Assembly (NCBI GenBank): GCA_963665615.2
Contig: CAXXQE010000008.1
Location: 919,260 to 939,259, forward strand
Direction: 5' to 3'
Source of the DNA: Syntrophales bacterium
GTDB lineage: Bacteria > Desulfobacterota > Syntrophia > Syntrophales > UBA4778
DNA length: 20,000 bases
Both the position numbers and the translations under genes were made by a program. Positions 7,180 to 16,401 of this stretch are shown here, in pieces (the stretch's first letter is position 1; the number at the start of each line of letters is the position of its first letter). The notes under the pieces are model-generated. The model was not told the DNA's origin and ran no database searches. It was given only the letters and a program-made list of their open reading frames with translations.

Positions 7180-8916
7180 CTATGGGAAGACACGCCAGAG
7201 ACCTCGAACGGCGTTGACCAGATAAATGGCTGTAAAACGTCCTAATTCGCTTTTGTTGAGGATAGCCTCCCGGACCCGCCCCTCCTTGAGCAGAGCGCTT
7301 CTCATGGTTCCAGGCAAAAGCCCGCACGACACTGGCGGCGTCAGAAGTTCGCCGCCGACTTCGGCTGCGATATTGGCCCGGCAGGATTCGGTCAGCTCTC
7401 CGCGTTCATTCCAGAGCAGCAGGTCGTCACAGGCGGGATAATCTAGAAGCGCCTGATCGTAAGGGGTGCGGTTCGTCGTTTTGTGATACAGAAAAACGTT
7501 TTTGGTATCAATGGGATTGCGGGCTATCCCGACTCGGTAAGGGGAGGGAAGATCGACGAGGGGGGCCGCATCGATACGGTGGTTGCCGTCGCGGTCAAGG
7601 CGCAGGCGAATCTTGTGGGCGCAGGCTTGCAGTGTGTGAGAAAGTGCGTCGAGTTTTGAACGGACGTTGCCAAGCTTCAAGGGGTAGTCGAAGTAGGCGG
7701 CCGAGGCGGCAAGCCTTGCCAGATGTTCGTCCAGGAGGTAGAACCCGCAGTCCGGTGTCCAGCGGATCGACTCAAGCAACTCGAAGTCGGAATGAGAGCC
7801 TGTCACGATTCTAGCTTTTACGTAGCATTCTTCCAACTCAACGTGATTTTCAGAGTCCCACGTGATACCACCTCCCAGGCCATACTCTGCGGAACCACGC
7901 AATTTATCAATCAGAACGGTTCGGATAGCGACGTTGAATTGAGCCCTTCCGTCAGGGGCTACAAACCCAATAGCGCCCGTATAGATCCGTCGCGGCGTAT
8001 TTTCCAACGAGGCGATGATTTCTGTTGTTCTTATCTTGGGGGCCCCTGTTATAGACGCGGCGGGGTAGAGCGCCCCGAAGATGTCGGAGAGTCCCGAACC
8101 GGTCGTGCAACGGACAGCGCTGGTCATCTGCCACAGTGTCGGATACTTTTCTATGCGGTAAAGATCTGTGACCTCAACTTTATCGCTCAGCCGCCCCATG
8201 TCGTTTCTTACCATATCAACGATCATGACATTTTCCGCTCGGTTTTTACCGGATGTGGCCAAGGCCTCGGCCTGTTGTTTGTCTTGCAGCAGGGTCCATC
8301 CTCGCGGTGCCGTTCCTTTCATAGGGTGGCAAATCAGATTTTTTCCTGAACGGGCGAAGAACAGTTCTGGTGAGGCGGAACAGATTGCCCAACGCTCGGT
8401 GTTGATGAAGGCGCCATAGGTGCTTCCCTGACAGTGGATCATACGAGAGAAGAGTTGCCAGGGATCGTCCCGAAAAGGTGCACGAAGACGAAAGGAGTAA
8501 TTGACCTGGTAGGTTTCACCGTTGGCGATCCGCTCTTTGATCGCCTGAAACGCCTGTCGGTATTCTTCCGGGGTTACCGATGCCCTCCAAGGGATATCGT
8601 TTAGGCGATTGGGGGCGTTCTGCGCCGGTAGCTCTGTGGAGGACAGCTGAAGAGGTTCCGGATAGAGCGCGAACCAGGCAAGGGGGAATTCATCTGGAGG
8701 ATGAGTCGTTAGTGCGTGGTCAAAGGCGGGGGCAGCCTCATAGGAGACGAACCCTGCGGCATAGAGACCGAGGGTGTTGACTGCCTGTTCAACATTGCGT
8801 AACGTCCGGACAACCGATTCACGATCATGAGCGACAAGGATTTGAAGGGGGGATCTGAAGGATAGCCAGTAATTGGAACCGGCGTCGTAAAGGATCAGGG
8901 CGTTGACGGCTGGCAC
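7180..8916 (-). CDS. pabB: Bifunctional aminodeoxychorismate synthase component I / aminotransferase class IV (PabB-PabC fusion)
   Basis: Chorismate-binding domain: GETYQVN, SPELFF, PMKGT, ENVMIVDMVRND, SITGAPK, FNVAIRT. C-terminal class IV domain: HLARL, HKTT, ELTE, GLLPGT. Confidence 0.9.
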   Translation of the reverse strand: MPAVNALILYDAGSNYWLSFRSPLQILVAHDRESVVRTLRNVEQAVNTLGLYAAGFVSYEAAPAFDHALTTHPPDEFPLAWFALYPEPLQLSSTELPAQNAPNRLNDIPWRASVTPEEYRQAFQAIKERIANGETYQVNYSFRLRAPFRDDPWQLFSRMIHCQGSTYGAFINTERWAICSASPELFFARSGKNLICHPMKGTAPRGWTLLQDKQQAEALATSGKNRAENVMIVDMVRNDMGRLSDKVEVTDLYRIEKYPTLWQMTSAVRCTTGSGLSDIFGALYPAASITGAPKIRTTEIIASLENTPRRIYTGAIGFVAPDGRAQFNVAIRTVLIDKLRGSAEYGLGGGITWDSENHVELEECYVKARIVTGSHSDFELLESIRWTPDCGFYLLDEHLARLAASAAYFDYPLKLGNVRSKLDALSHTLQACAHKIRLRLDRDGNHRIDAAPLVDLPSPYRVGIARNPIDTKNVFLYHKTTNRTPYDQALLDYPACDDLLLWNERGELTESCRANIAAEVGGELLTPPVSCGLLPGTMRSALLKEGRVREAILNKSELGRFTAIYLVNAVRGLWRVFP

Positions 8917-8926
8917 TAAATCTGTT

Positions 8927-9314
8927 TTAGAAATGTCTCTTCCACCTTGTCAATTTGTCGAAGGCGTCCTCGACGGCCTTGAAGAGTGTTTCCGTTGCAA
9001 TGGGCTTCGTAAAAAAATCGTCGAAGCCAGCTTCACGGCATTCTTCGATTTCAAAAAGCGCCGACCAACCGGTCATGGCAAAAATTAAACAGACGGGGTT
9101 GAACATGCGGATTTGCCGGCACAACTCGATGCCATTGGTCCCGAAGAGTTTCAGATCGAGAAAAATAACATCGATTCTCTCTTCCTCAAGGATCTTCAAG
9201 GCCTCTTCGGCGCCTTCAGCCGTGAAAAATGGTATATCCGGAGGAACCCAGGATATCCTGAAACAACTCTCTGATGGAGGCCTCATCATCAACGACCAGA
9301 ATCTTCTTTTCCAT
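8927..9314 (-). pseudogene. Single-domain response regulator (REC) with a +1 frameshift
   Basis: ATG 9314 gives MEKKILVVDDEASIRELFQDILGSSGYTIF and then soon stops. The rest (TAEGAEEAL...IFLDLKL...AMTG...FTKP) is in another frame. Total length 388 = 3n+1, with an A5 run at 9225-9229. Confidence 0.85.
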
Positions 9315-9328
9315 TGGAGTCTTTCCGA

Positions 9329-12300
9329 TTACTCCACAGAATGATTCTTGCGAAGCTCGGCGGGATAATCTTTTCTGAAATCGAGTTTGACGATCCTCGA
9401 CTGGGAATCGTCTGCAGCCGCCGGATTCTTTCCGCTGCCGTCCAGCACTTCGCGAACCTTCTGGGAGAGTTCCCCCATGCTGAAGGGTTTTTGAATGAAG
9501 GCCCGACAGCCTTTCTCCATAATCTTGGAAGCCTGGCCGTTCATACTGTAGCCGCTCGAGAGAATGACATTGACGTCCGGATTAATGAGCTTCAGGGCGT
9601 CGAAGATTTCGCCGCCTCCCATCTCAGGAATAATCATATCCAGAATGACAAGATCGATTTCATCTTTTTTAAGCCGGTAGAGTTCAATGGCTTCTTTGCC
9701 GTTGGTAGCCGAATAGACGGTATATCCAAGGGCTTCCAGAATCTCCCTGCTGACATCAATGATGGTCTCCTCGTCGTCGACGAGCATTATGGTTTCATGG
9801 CCTTCTAGAAGGTTATAGGGATCGGCAGCACCGTTGGCCGCAAAGGCTTCAGCCGCCGGCAGGTAAATTGTGAAAGTGGTACCGTGTCCCTTTTCACTAT
9901 AAACGTTGATGATTCCGCCATGACCTTTGACAATGCCATAAACGGACGCAAGGCCCAAGCCTGTTCCACGTCCCATTTCCCGGGTTGTGAAAAAGGGTTC
10001 GAAGACCCGTTGTCGGGTCTTTTCATCCATACCGACACCCGTATCCGTTACGGAAATTTTTACGTAGCGGCCCGGTTTCACCTGGAAGGGCATCACGAAG
10101 GCTTCGTCGATATAGACGTTCTCCGTTGCGATCGCCAGTTCGCCGCCGCCCGGCATGGCCTGCCCCGCGTTAACATAAAGGTTCAATAGAACCTGTTCGA
10201 TCTGACCGCGGTCGGTATCGACCATCCAGATATCCTCTTTGAGCCTCTTATGGATGATGACCTCCTTTTTCGTGCGCCCGAACATGACGGAGGTCTTCTG
10301 GATAATTTCGTTCAGGTTGGTTGGGGCGACCTCGTACCGTCCGCCGCGTGCAAACCCCAGCAGCTGGCGTGCGAGATCCGCGCCGCTCTGGACCTGTTCC
10401 TCGATGTTCTTGAGTTTTTTATAGAATGGATGATGAACGTCCATGCCCAAAAGCATAAGGGAAGTATAGCCCTGGATGCCCATCAGTAGATTGTTGAAGT
10501 CGTGAGCAATGCCACCGGCGAGTGTTCCGATGGCCTCCATTTTTTGAGACTGAAGCAGTTCCGCCTCCAAATCCCGCTGGGCTTTTTCGGAAAGACGTTG
10601 TTCGGTGATGTCCCGCATGGATTGAATGGCGCCGATGATGTTTCCCTTGGAATCAAACAGGGCCGCCGCTGTTCCTATCAGGTAAACGCTCTTGCCATCG
10701 AGATCCGAGATGAACGATTCTCCCACGAGCATGTGGTCCTGTCGCTTCAGGTTCTGGTAGATGTCTTCGATATGGCATTCATCCAGCGCCACCGTGAGAA
10801 CCAGGTCAATCAGAGTGGGTCGCCGCTGCCTGTAAAACGGTACGGCATATTCGTAGTTGCCCTTGCCGAGAATCTTGTCGGCGCCGATGCCTGTCATCAT
10901 TTCGATGGCACGATTCCAGGCAATGACTTCGCCGTTGTTATTGATGACAAAGGTCGGATCCGGGAGAAAATTGATGATGTCTTTCCACCGGCGCTCCGAT
11001 TCCTTCAGATTGTCTTCGGCCCGTTTCTGTTCCGTAATGTTCTCATAGGTTGCCACGATTTTGTGAGAGCCGACCTCCCCGAGTCGGGAGGCCGTGATAC
11101 GGCAGAGGACATCGGAACCGTTTCGATGCCGGCAAGGAATCGTCGCCTCCCCGCCATAAACGGGCTTTTCCAGCAATGCACGCTCGATGGTGTCTGTGAT
11201 CTGAGAAAATTGACTGTCGTTATTATAGAGCATGGCCATGCTCTGACCAATCAACTCTGAGGGTTTCCAGCCGAAAACTGCTTCGACACTGTCATTGACG
11301 AAGATGATCTGTCCACTGTCGAGACCGAAGACGGCGTGGGGAATTGAGGCAAGAATAGAGGATTCAAAGGCCTGAAGCTCTTCGAGTTGTTTCTGGGCCG
11401 CCTTCTGTTCCGTAATATCGACATAACTTCCAAGTACCGCACGTCGACCACGATGCGTGATAGACCGCACGGTTTCCATGAACCATCTGACCTGCCCCGT
11501 CTTACTTACAACTCGAAACTCATAGGGGCTGACCGTATGGTCTCCTTTTAACATCCGAATGGCGTTTTCTCGAACATTTTCCCTGTCGTCGGGGTGAACC
11601 ATGTTCAGGATATCTGTCGCCAGAAGCTCCTGCTCGCTCAAACCCGTGTATTCCATGAAATGCGGATTGAAGAGCGCCAACCGCCCGTTTTGAGAGACGT
11701 AGATCCCCGCTGGCGAACTCTCGGCCAGTGTGGTGTAGATATCCTGCTCCTGCTTGCGCTCCGTGATATCTTCGCTGATCCCTTCATAGTAAAGCACGTG
11801 TCCTGCTTCGTCACGGACGACCCAGGCACTTTGAAGCAACCAGATGAGGACGCCGTCCTTGCGGCGGCACTGGCACTCCATGCCCATGATGGTCCCGCGT
11901 TCTTCAAGCAGTCGGATAAAGTTCGCTCGATCAGTGCAATCGCCATAGATCTGCTGCTCGATATTGTGAATGGAAGTCAGCAGTTCATCGGGAGAGGTAT
12001 ATCCCAAAATGGCAGCCATGGCGTCGTTGACCATGAGGAACTTCCCTTCGGGAGTGCTGCGATAGATTCCCATTGTTCCGTGTTCAAAGAAACCCCGGTA
12101 ATTATCCGTAGCGCTCTTTGATAATGTCCGAGCTTGAGGTGTTGATAGAAAAAGGTCGGCACCAACCTCATTTTGGGACAGTGGCTCGAATGGGATTTTA
12201 AGAGAAAGGACACCCTGAGTAGCCATCTTGCCTTTGTAAGGCAAAAGGTGCTGTGTTGCGGTCACAGGGATTTTTCGACCATCCCGAGCGATGGCAATAA

Positions 12301-12673
12301 ACTCGTAATGAGACGGCAGGGTGTCTCCGGCAAGCGTTTTCTGAAGGCGATTTTCAAAGAGGGCTTTGCTTTCAGGCGCGATTAACGACATGAAGTCGAA
12401 ATTCGAAGAGGAGAGTTCCTCAAGGTTGTAACCGAAAAGACTCAAGAACCGTGAATTGACGTGTTCGATACGGCCGTCAATCACCAAGTAAAGGGCATCG
12501 GAGGACTGCTCGGCAAAAAAAGCGTATAACTGCCTGCTTTCTTCGTGCAGATCTCCTTTGAGTAAAAGAGCGGAACGCAGCTTTTCCAGTGCCTGGATAC
12601 GGAGACGTAATTCGGTCATCTCCTTGTTGATCTGCGCTTTTGTGTCTTCAACGACGTCCATGAGAGGTTCCAA
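9329..12673 (-). CDS. Cytoplasmic multi-PAS hybrid sensor histidine kinase/response regulator (CckA-like architecture)
   Basis: About five PAS/PAC repeats, H-box GGIAHDFNNLL, N-box NLYVNA, DTGVGMD, FFTT, GTGLGL, and a C-terminal REC domain (VDDE, ILDM, QKP). No transmembrane segment seen. The start may be ATG 12661. Confidence 0.93.
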   Translation of the reverse strand: MEPLMDVVEDTKAQINKEMTELRLRIQALEKLRSALLLKGDLHEESRQLYAFFAEQSSDALYLVIDGRIEHVNSRFLSLFGYNLEELSSSNFDFMSLIAPESKALFENRLQKTLAGDTLPSHYEFIAIARDGRKIPVTATQHLLPYKGKMATQGVLSLKIPFEPLSQNEVGADLFLSTPQARTLSKSATDNYRGFFEHGTMGIYRSTPEGKFLMVNDAMAAILGYTSPDELLTSIHNIEQQIYGDCTDRANFIRLLEERGTIMGMECQCRRKDGVLIWLLQSAWVVRDEAGHVLYYEGISEDITERKQEQDIYTTLAESSPAGIYVSQNGRLALFNPHFMEYTGLSEQELLATDILNMVHPDDRENVRENAIRMLKGDHTVSPYEFRVVSKTGQVRWFMETVRSITHRGRRAVLGSYVDITEQKAAQKQLEELQAFESSILASIPHAVFGLDSGQIIFVNDSVEAVFGWKPSELIGQSMAMLYNNDSQFSQITDTIERALLEKPVYGGEATIPCRHRNGSDVLCRITASRLGEVGSHKIVATYENITEQKRAEDNLKESERRWKDIINFLPDPTFVINNNGEVIAWNRAIEMMTGIGADKILGKGNYEYAVPFYRQRRPTLIDLVLTVALDECHIEDIYQNLKRQDHMLVGESFISDLDGKSVYLIGTAAALFDSKGNIIGAIQSMRDITEQRLSEKAQRDLEAELLQSQKMEAIGTLAGGIAHDFNNLLMGIQGYTSLMLLGMDVHHPFYKKLKNIEEQVQSGADLARQLLGFARGGRYEVAPTNLNEIIQKTSVMFGRTKKEVIIHKRLKEDIWMVDTDRGQIEQVLLNLYVNAGQAMPGGGELAIATENVYIDEAFVMPFQVKPGRYVKISVTDTGVGMDEKTRQRVFEPFFTTREMGRGTGLGLASVYGIVKGHGGIINVYSEKGHGTTFTIYLPAAEAFAANGAADPYNLLEGHETIMLVDDEETIIDVSREILEALGYTVYSATNGKEAIELYRLKKDEIDLVILDMIIPEMGGGEIFDALKLINPDVNVILSSGYSMNGQASKIMEKGCRAFIQKPFSMGELSQKVREVLDGSGKNPAAADDSQSRIVKLDFRKDYPAELRKNHSVE

Positions 12674-12893
12674 CTATACTATATTGAGTTCGGCGACGTG
12701 CGCATTACTCGTAATTTCCAGTGGGCAAACGAACGCATCACCTTCCCTTCCTTGGTGATTCAGTCGTCTATCGCTCGGTTCGTAGCGGGCCATCTTATAT
12801 TTTCCGAAACCACCCCGCTGTGTGGTTTCTGGTTAAAACGGTTTTGCGCAGAAACAAAAAAACGCCCTTTCCGAGACCGAAAAGTTATCTTAA

Positions 12894-12922
12894 AAACTAC
12901 TGAGTATTGGCACTGTTGTCAA
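12894..12922 (-). promoter_or_regulatory. Putative sigma70 promoter of the hybrid kinase
   Basis: Minus strand TTGACA-N17-TAGTTT. Confidence 0.5.
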
Positions 12923-13368
12923 GAATAAAAATGCCAAAACGCCGTCATCTACATCTATAACATAGCATAATTGTTAAATATTTTTTACAGGCTCATGAAA
13001 GAGCAAAGATATGTTGCAATGAGAACACCCCCTCTCCTGACAATAGGAGCCTGTATTGTCTTATCGGCGTTATTCTGATGTTACATAAATAATATGGCAG
13101 AAAAAAAGACATCATGAAAGGGGCTTGAGACCGTTTGCACGAATTGATGCCAAAGGGCGCGGTGAGTAGACGCGCTAGGCAGTGTTGGAAGAGTCTGACT
13201 TAAAGGACGGCCTGGCGGTGCTGTTCTGTTGCTGATGAATCGGGTAGCGAGCGCAGCATGTTTAAACATCTTCCTTAAGGATCGAAGACTCACCGGAGCT
13301 TGCTCGGGGGGGTCGTCCAAATGCGACCGGCTTATCTAGAAACCATGCAACGCCGCAGTACATGCGCG

Positions 13369-13572
13369 CTATTCGTCTTCATCTTCTTCGATCTCTATGG
13401 CCTGAGACGGACAGGCCTCAGCGGCCTCTCTAACGGCGTCATCCAGGTCTTCGGGAATTTCATCCTCGATTTTTGCACTAGCAATGTCATCCTGCATCTC
13501 AAAGACTTCTGGACAGATATCGATACAGGCCTCGCATCCGATGCATAAATCTTTGTCCACTCGAATTCTCAT
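13369..13572 (-). CDS. Small acidic monocluster-type ferredoxin
   Basis: CIGCEACIDICP...AAEACPSQAI; 67 aa, very Asp/Glu-rich. Confidence 0.92.
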   Translation of the reverse strand: MRIRVDKDLCIGCEACIDICPEVFEMQDDIASAKIEDEIPEDLDDAVREAAEACPSQAIEIEEDEDE

Positions 13573-13575
13573 AGG

Positions 13576-13737
13576 TCACCCGACAATGTAGATTTGCTCC
13601 ACCCTAGGGATCTTATAGTTAGAGAATGAACGGGAGTCAAATGAAAAATGATCGAGATGCAACGTCGTCCTCGAGAGTGGGTCCATATAGGGATAGCGCC
13701 GAGATGGTTTCTGCTTCCAATACACGGCGTACCTCAT
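13576..13737 (-). CDS. Putative 53-aa small protein, translationally coupled to the dehydrogenase
   Basis: SD AAGGAGG 6 nt before ATG 13737; ATGA overlap with the upstream stop; ends 3 nt before the ferredoxin ATG. Confidence 0.45.
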   Translation of the reverse strand: MRYAVYWKQKPSRRYPYMDPLSRTTLHLDHFSFDSRSFSNYKIPRVEQIYIVG

Positions 13738-14696
13738 TTGGTACCTCCTTTGACATGACGCCTCGGTTTTTTTTCTCCCCAGGTGTAATCGTACCAACCC
13801 TTCCCCGTTTTCTTTCCCAGTTCACCGTCGTCGACGAGCTTTTTCAACAGCGTGGAGGGTCGGAACTTCGGATCCTTGTAGGCGGCATAGAGTGTATCGA
13901 AGACGTGATAGCCTATCTCTAACCCAATTTGATCCGTCAGCTCAAAAGGACCCATCGGGTGATTGAGACCCAAACGAACGGCCTTGTCGATATCTTCCAT
14001 GGTCGCTACGCCTTCGAGCAGGCACTGATAAACCTCCGCCCGGAAAGCCGCATTGATCCTGTTGATGAGGAAGCCGGGGACGTCCTTGACCCGGATCGTT
14101 TCCTTTCCCATGGCGCGCGCGACGGCCTCGGTTCTGCGGATGGTCTCTTCCGACGTCTTTGTCCCGGGAACGACCTCTACCAGCTTCATGATCGCAACCG
14201 GACTGAAGAAGTGCATGCCGATAAACCATTCGGGATGCCTTGTGGCTTCCGCAAGCGTCGAGATCGGCAGAGAAGAGGTATTCGATGCGATAACCGTTTT
14301 CGGCCTTCTAGATGCGTCGAGCGCCGAGAAGAGGGTTCGCTTTGTGTCCAGGTCTTCAATGACGGACTCGATGATGAAATCCGCCCTTCCCGCATTGTCT
14401 AGATGGGTTGATCGGACAATGCGTTCCAGGATCGCTTCTTTATCGCCTCCGGGGATTTTCCCCTTCCGGACGTGACGCTCCAGTTCTTCGGCAATGAGAT
14501 CGTATCCGCCCCCAAGAGAGGTTTTGCTTCTGTTATAGAGGATGACACGGTAGCCTGTCCGGGCCGCCGTCAGTGCAATGCCTCTGCCCATCAAGCCCGT
14601 GCCGATGACCATAATCGTTTGGATCGGATATCCATTCGTGTCCTGGGAGATCGGATCAACACCATCTGAGGCTTGTGTCGCTTGTTGTTCTGTCAT
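13734..14696 (-). CDS. hbd: 3-hydroxybutyryl-CoA / 3-hydroxyacyl-CoA dehydrogenase
   Basis: VIGTGLMGRGIA, IIESVIED, ASNTSSLPI, GMHFFSP, PGFLINR, HPMGPFELTDQIG and GKKTGKGWY motifs. Confidence 0.9.
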   Translation of the reverse strand: MTEQQATQASDGVDPISQDTNGYPIQTIMVIGTGLMGRGIALTAARTGYRVILYNRSKTSLGGGYDLIAEELERHVRKGKIPGGDKEAILERIVRSTHLDNAGRADFIIESVIEDLDTKRTLFSALDASRRPKTVIASNTSSLPISTLAEATRHPEWFIGMHFFSPVAIMKLVEVVPGTKTSEETIRRTEAVARAMGKETIRVKDVPGFLINRINAAFRAEVYQCLLEGVATMEDIDKAVRLGLNHPMGPFELTDQIGLEIGYHVFDTLYAAYKDPKFRPSTLLKKLVDDGELGKKTGKGWYDYTWGEKKPRRHVKGGTK

Positions 14697-14891
14697 GAGT
14701 TACTCCATTGGCATTATGCTATCCGATGCGCCTGGCAGCGCGAGTGTCAGCCATCATCCGGACTAATAGCCTGTTACAAAAAAATTGGCGCCGGTGTCCT
14801 TTTAGTCTGCGCAGGGGAAAACGCAGCGTGCCCTCAAGAATTCGACCGATATTGCCGATAAAAAAAATATCTTATGCGTTGAGGTGATCCT

Positions 14892-15044
14892 ATGTATGAT
14901 GCGGTTCATCCCCGGTACACGCTTTTTGAAAAGGCGATACTCGGACTTTTTTATATCATTGAACTGCCGATTGTCGCCATTCGTATTCTTGCGGATAAAA
15001 GCCGTAGGCACTTCGAGAACCGCTACTTGAAGGATATGCAATAA
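14892..15044 (+). CDS. Putative 50-aa small membrane-associated protein
   Basis: SD GAGGTG then ATG 14892: MYDAVHPRYTLFEKAILGLFYIIELPIVAIRILADKSRRHFENRYLKDMQ*. Central hydrophobic helix followed by basic residues. Confidence 0.55.
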   Translation: MYDAVHPRYTLFEKAILGLFYIIELPIVAIRILADKSRRHFENRYLKDMQ

Positions 15045-15098
15045 CGGATCGACTCGCAGTGAGTGACCATTCATCGCTTCGCGCCCACTCTTCGCGTC

Positions 15099-15602
15099 CT
15101 AACGAAGCCCTTCTAAGAGACGTTTCAATACCTGCCCATGCTGTCCCGTACCGCCGAATTGGATACGTCCCTCCTTGGAAAAAGGGACGGTAGCGGGAAG
15201 GGGGCCTACTTCCACTTTCGCCTTTCCCTCAAACCGGTAAGGGAGCGTTGCACCCGACAGAGCCTCTCCAAGATAGGCGCTCACGTCACGGTAGCCAGCA
15301 GAAACGGAAACGTCAAGGACGGTCGACGAGCGAGCCGGAATCACAACGCTGGCTTTCGTCAGGGAACCAGAACCAATCTCTCGGTCAGTCAGGAAGAGCT
15401 TAAAGTCCAGCGCCTTCAGCGTCAGGCTGCAGCGATTTGGATTATATACCTCGATGCCGAGCGTTAGCTGTATCGTTGCTGGGCCCAGGGATGTAACGGT
15501 GACGTTCTTTAGCATAAACGTCGGCGTCTCCAGCAGCCATTGCATACAGGATGCGCATAGGCACAGCAGGCACATCAGGGTTAGGTCCTTAAATAATCTC
15601 AT
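15099..15602 (-). CDS. LEA type 2 / WHy domain lipoprotein
   Basis: Signal peptide with lipobox-like CASC; 'VYNPN..SLTLKALDFKL...EIGSG' WHy signature; 'LPYRFEG' and 'PFSKEG' motifs. Confidence 0.85.
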   Translation of the reverse strand: MRLFKDLTLMCLLCLCASCMQWLLETPTFMLKNVTVTSLGPATIQLTLGIEVYNPNRCSLTLKALDFKLFLTDREIGSGSLTKASVVIPARSSTVLDVSVSAGYRDVSAYLGEALSGATLPYRFEGKAKVEVGPLPATVPFSKEGRIQFGGTGQHGQVLKRLLEGLR

Positions 15603-16210
15603 GACATGAATAGCTCCGCGATGATATCGGCCATCAAGTAATACCCTTCCCGCGTTGGATGAATTCCGTCTGCTTGAACCAGATGTCGTTGAATCGACCC
15701 GTTATCGATATGCTGCTTCCACCGCGCATGAAGGCGGACGATTGGCAGCTCGCGTTCCTGTGCGATGTCCTCGATGCATTGGTAAAAACAGAAAGCATGA
15801 TCGTAGACGGACGGCATGTCGAACCAGACCGACGTCGTCAAGACAAGGTCGGCCTCTGTGGTTGTCTCAAGTCCTTCGATAAGGCGCAGCATGTTCCGGC
15901 GGAACATTGCCACGTCGTATCCTGAAAACACATCATTCAAACCGAACTGAATCACAACGCAGTCTGGCTTGGCTTCTACAATGTCGAAGCCAAGCCGTTC
16001 AATACCGCCTGCTGCTGTATCGCCGGGAACACCGCGATTGAGAATGGTGAGATGCGCTTTGGGGAATTGACGAGCGAGTGTCTCGTGAAGAAAATCGAGA
16101 TAACCCTTGTCCGCGTTCCAACCATAGGTCAGCGAATCTCCGAAACCGACAAGCGTTACGGCTTGGTTGCTGCGAAGTTTATGTATGGTGCGTTGGGGGC
16201 GTTTCGACAT
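15599..16210 (-). CDS. SGNH/GDSL hydrolase family protein
   Basis: Blocks FGDSLT, NRGVPG, FGLND and DGIHP. Start is ATG 16210 or TTG 16234. Confidence 0.9.
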   Translation of the reverse strand: MSKRPQRTIHKLRSNQAVTLVGFGDSLTYGWNADKGYLDFLHETLARQFPKAHLTILNRGVPGDTAAGGIERLGFDIVEAKPDCVVIQFGLNDVFSGYDVAMFRRNMLRLIEGLETTTEADLVLTTSVWFDMPSVYDHAFCFYQCIEDIAQERELPIVRLHARWKQHIDNGSIQRHLVQADGIHPTREGYYLMADIIAELFMS

Positions 16211-16401
16211 CTGTTCTCGTGGAGACCTCGTCAATCAAGCGTTTGCAGTGAATCTCGCATTTTTTCTTCTTATATTTGAATTACGACTTTCAATCAAGTG
16301 CAATGAAACATGATTAAAAACATATTGAAATGCATTGCGAATTCATATAAGAAGGTCGATAAATCATGGTTTCACTATCTACATTAACAGAGGAGGTAGT
16401 C

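Noticed and set aside
10502..11260. Long antisense ORFs (252 aa here; also 689-1201, 7723-8349, 11594-12121)
   Set aside because: They lie opposite well-supported genes and are expected from codon bias in GC-rich DNA.
12720..12890. c-di-GMP-I (GEMM) riboswitch upstream of the kinase
   Set aside because: GGGCAAAC occurs on the wrong strand, and the GAAA tetraloop / GACGCAAAG arrangement is absent.
12996..13079. 27-aa + strand ORF MKEQRYVAMRTPPLLTIGACIVLSALF
   Set aside because: No convincing SD and within an AT-rich promoter-like region; compatible with chance.
13136..13154. Possible sigma54 site TGGCATCAATTCGTGC on the minus strand
   Set aside because: GG-GC spacing is 11 nt rather than the strict 10.
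13637..13825. 62-aa ORF (…MSKEVPNEV…) downstream of hbd
   Set aside because: It overlaps hbd more deeply and has a weaker SD than the alternative-frame ORF starting at 13737.
14802..15074. 90-aa minus-strand ORF
   Set aside because: Largely the antisense shadow of the better-supported + strand 50-aa ORF; only a weak SD and no motifs.
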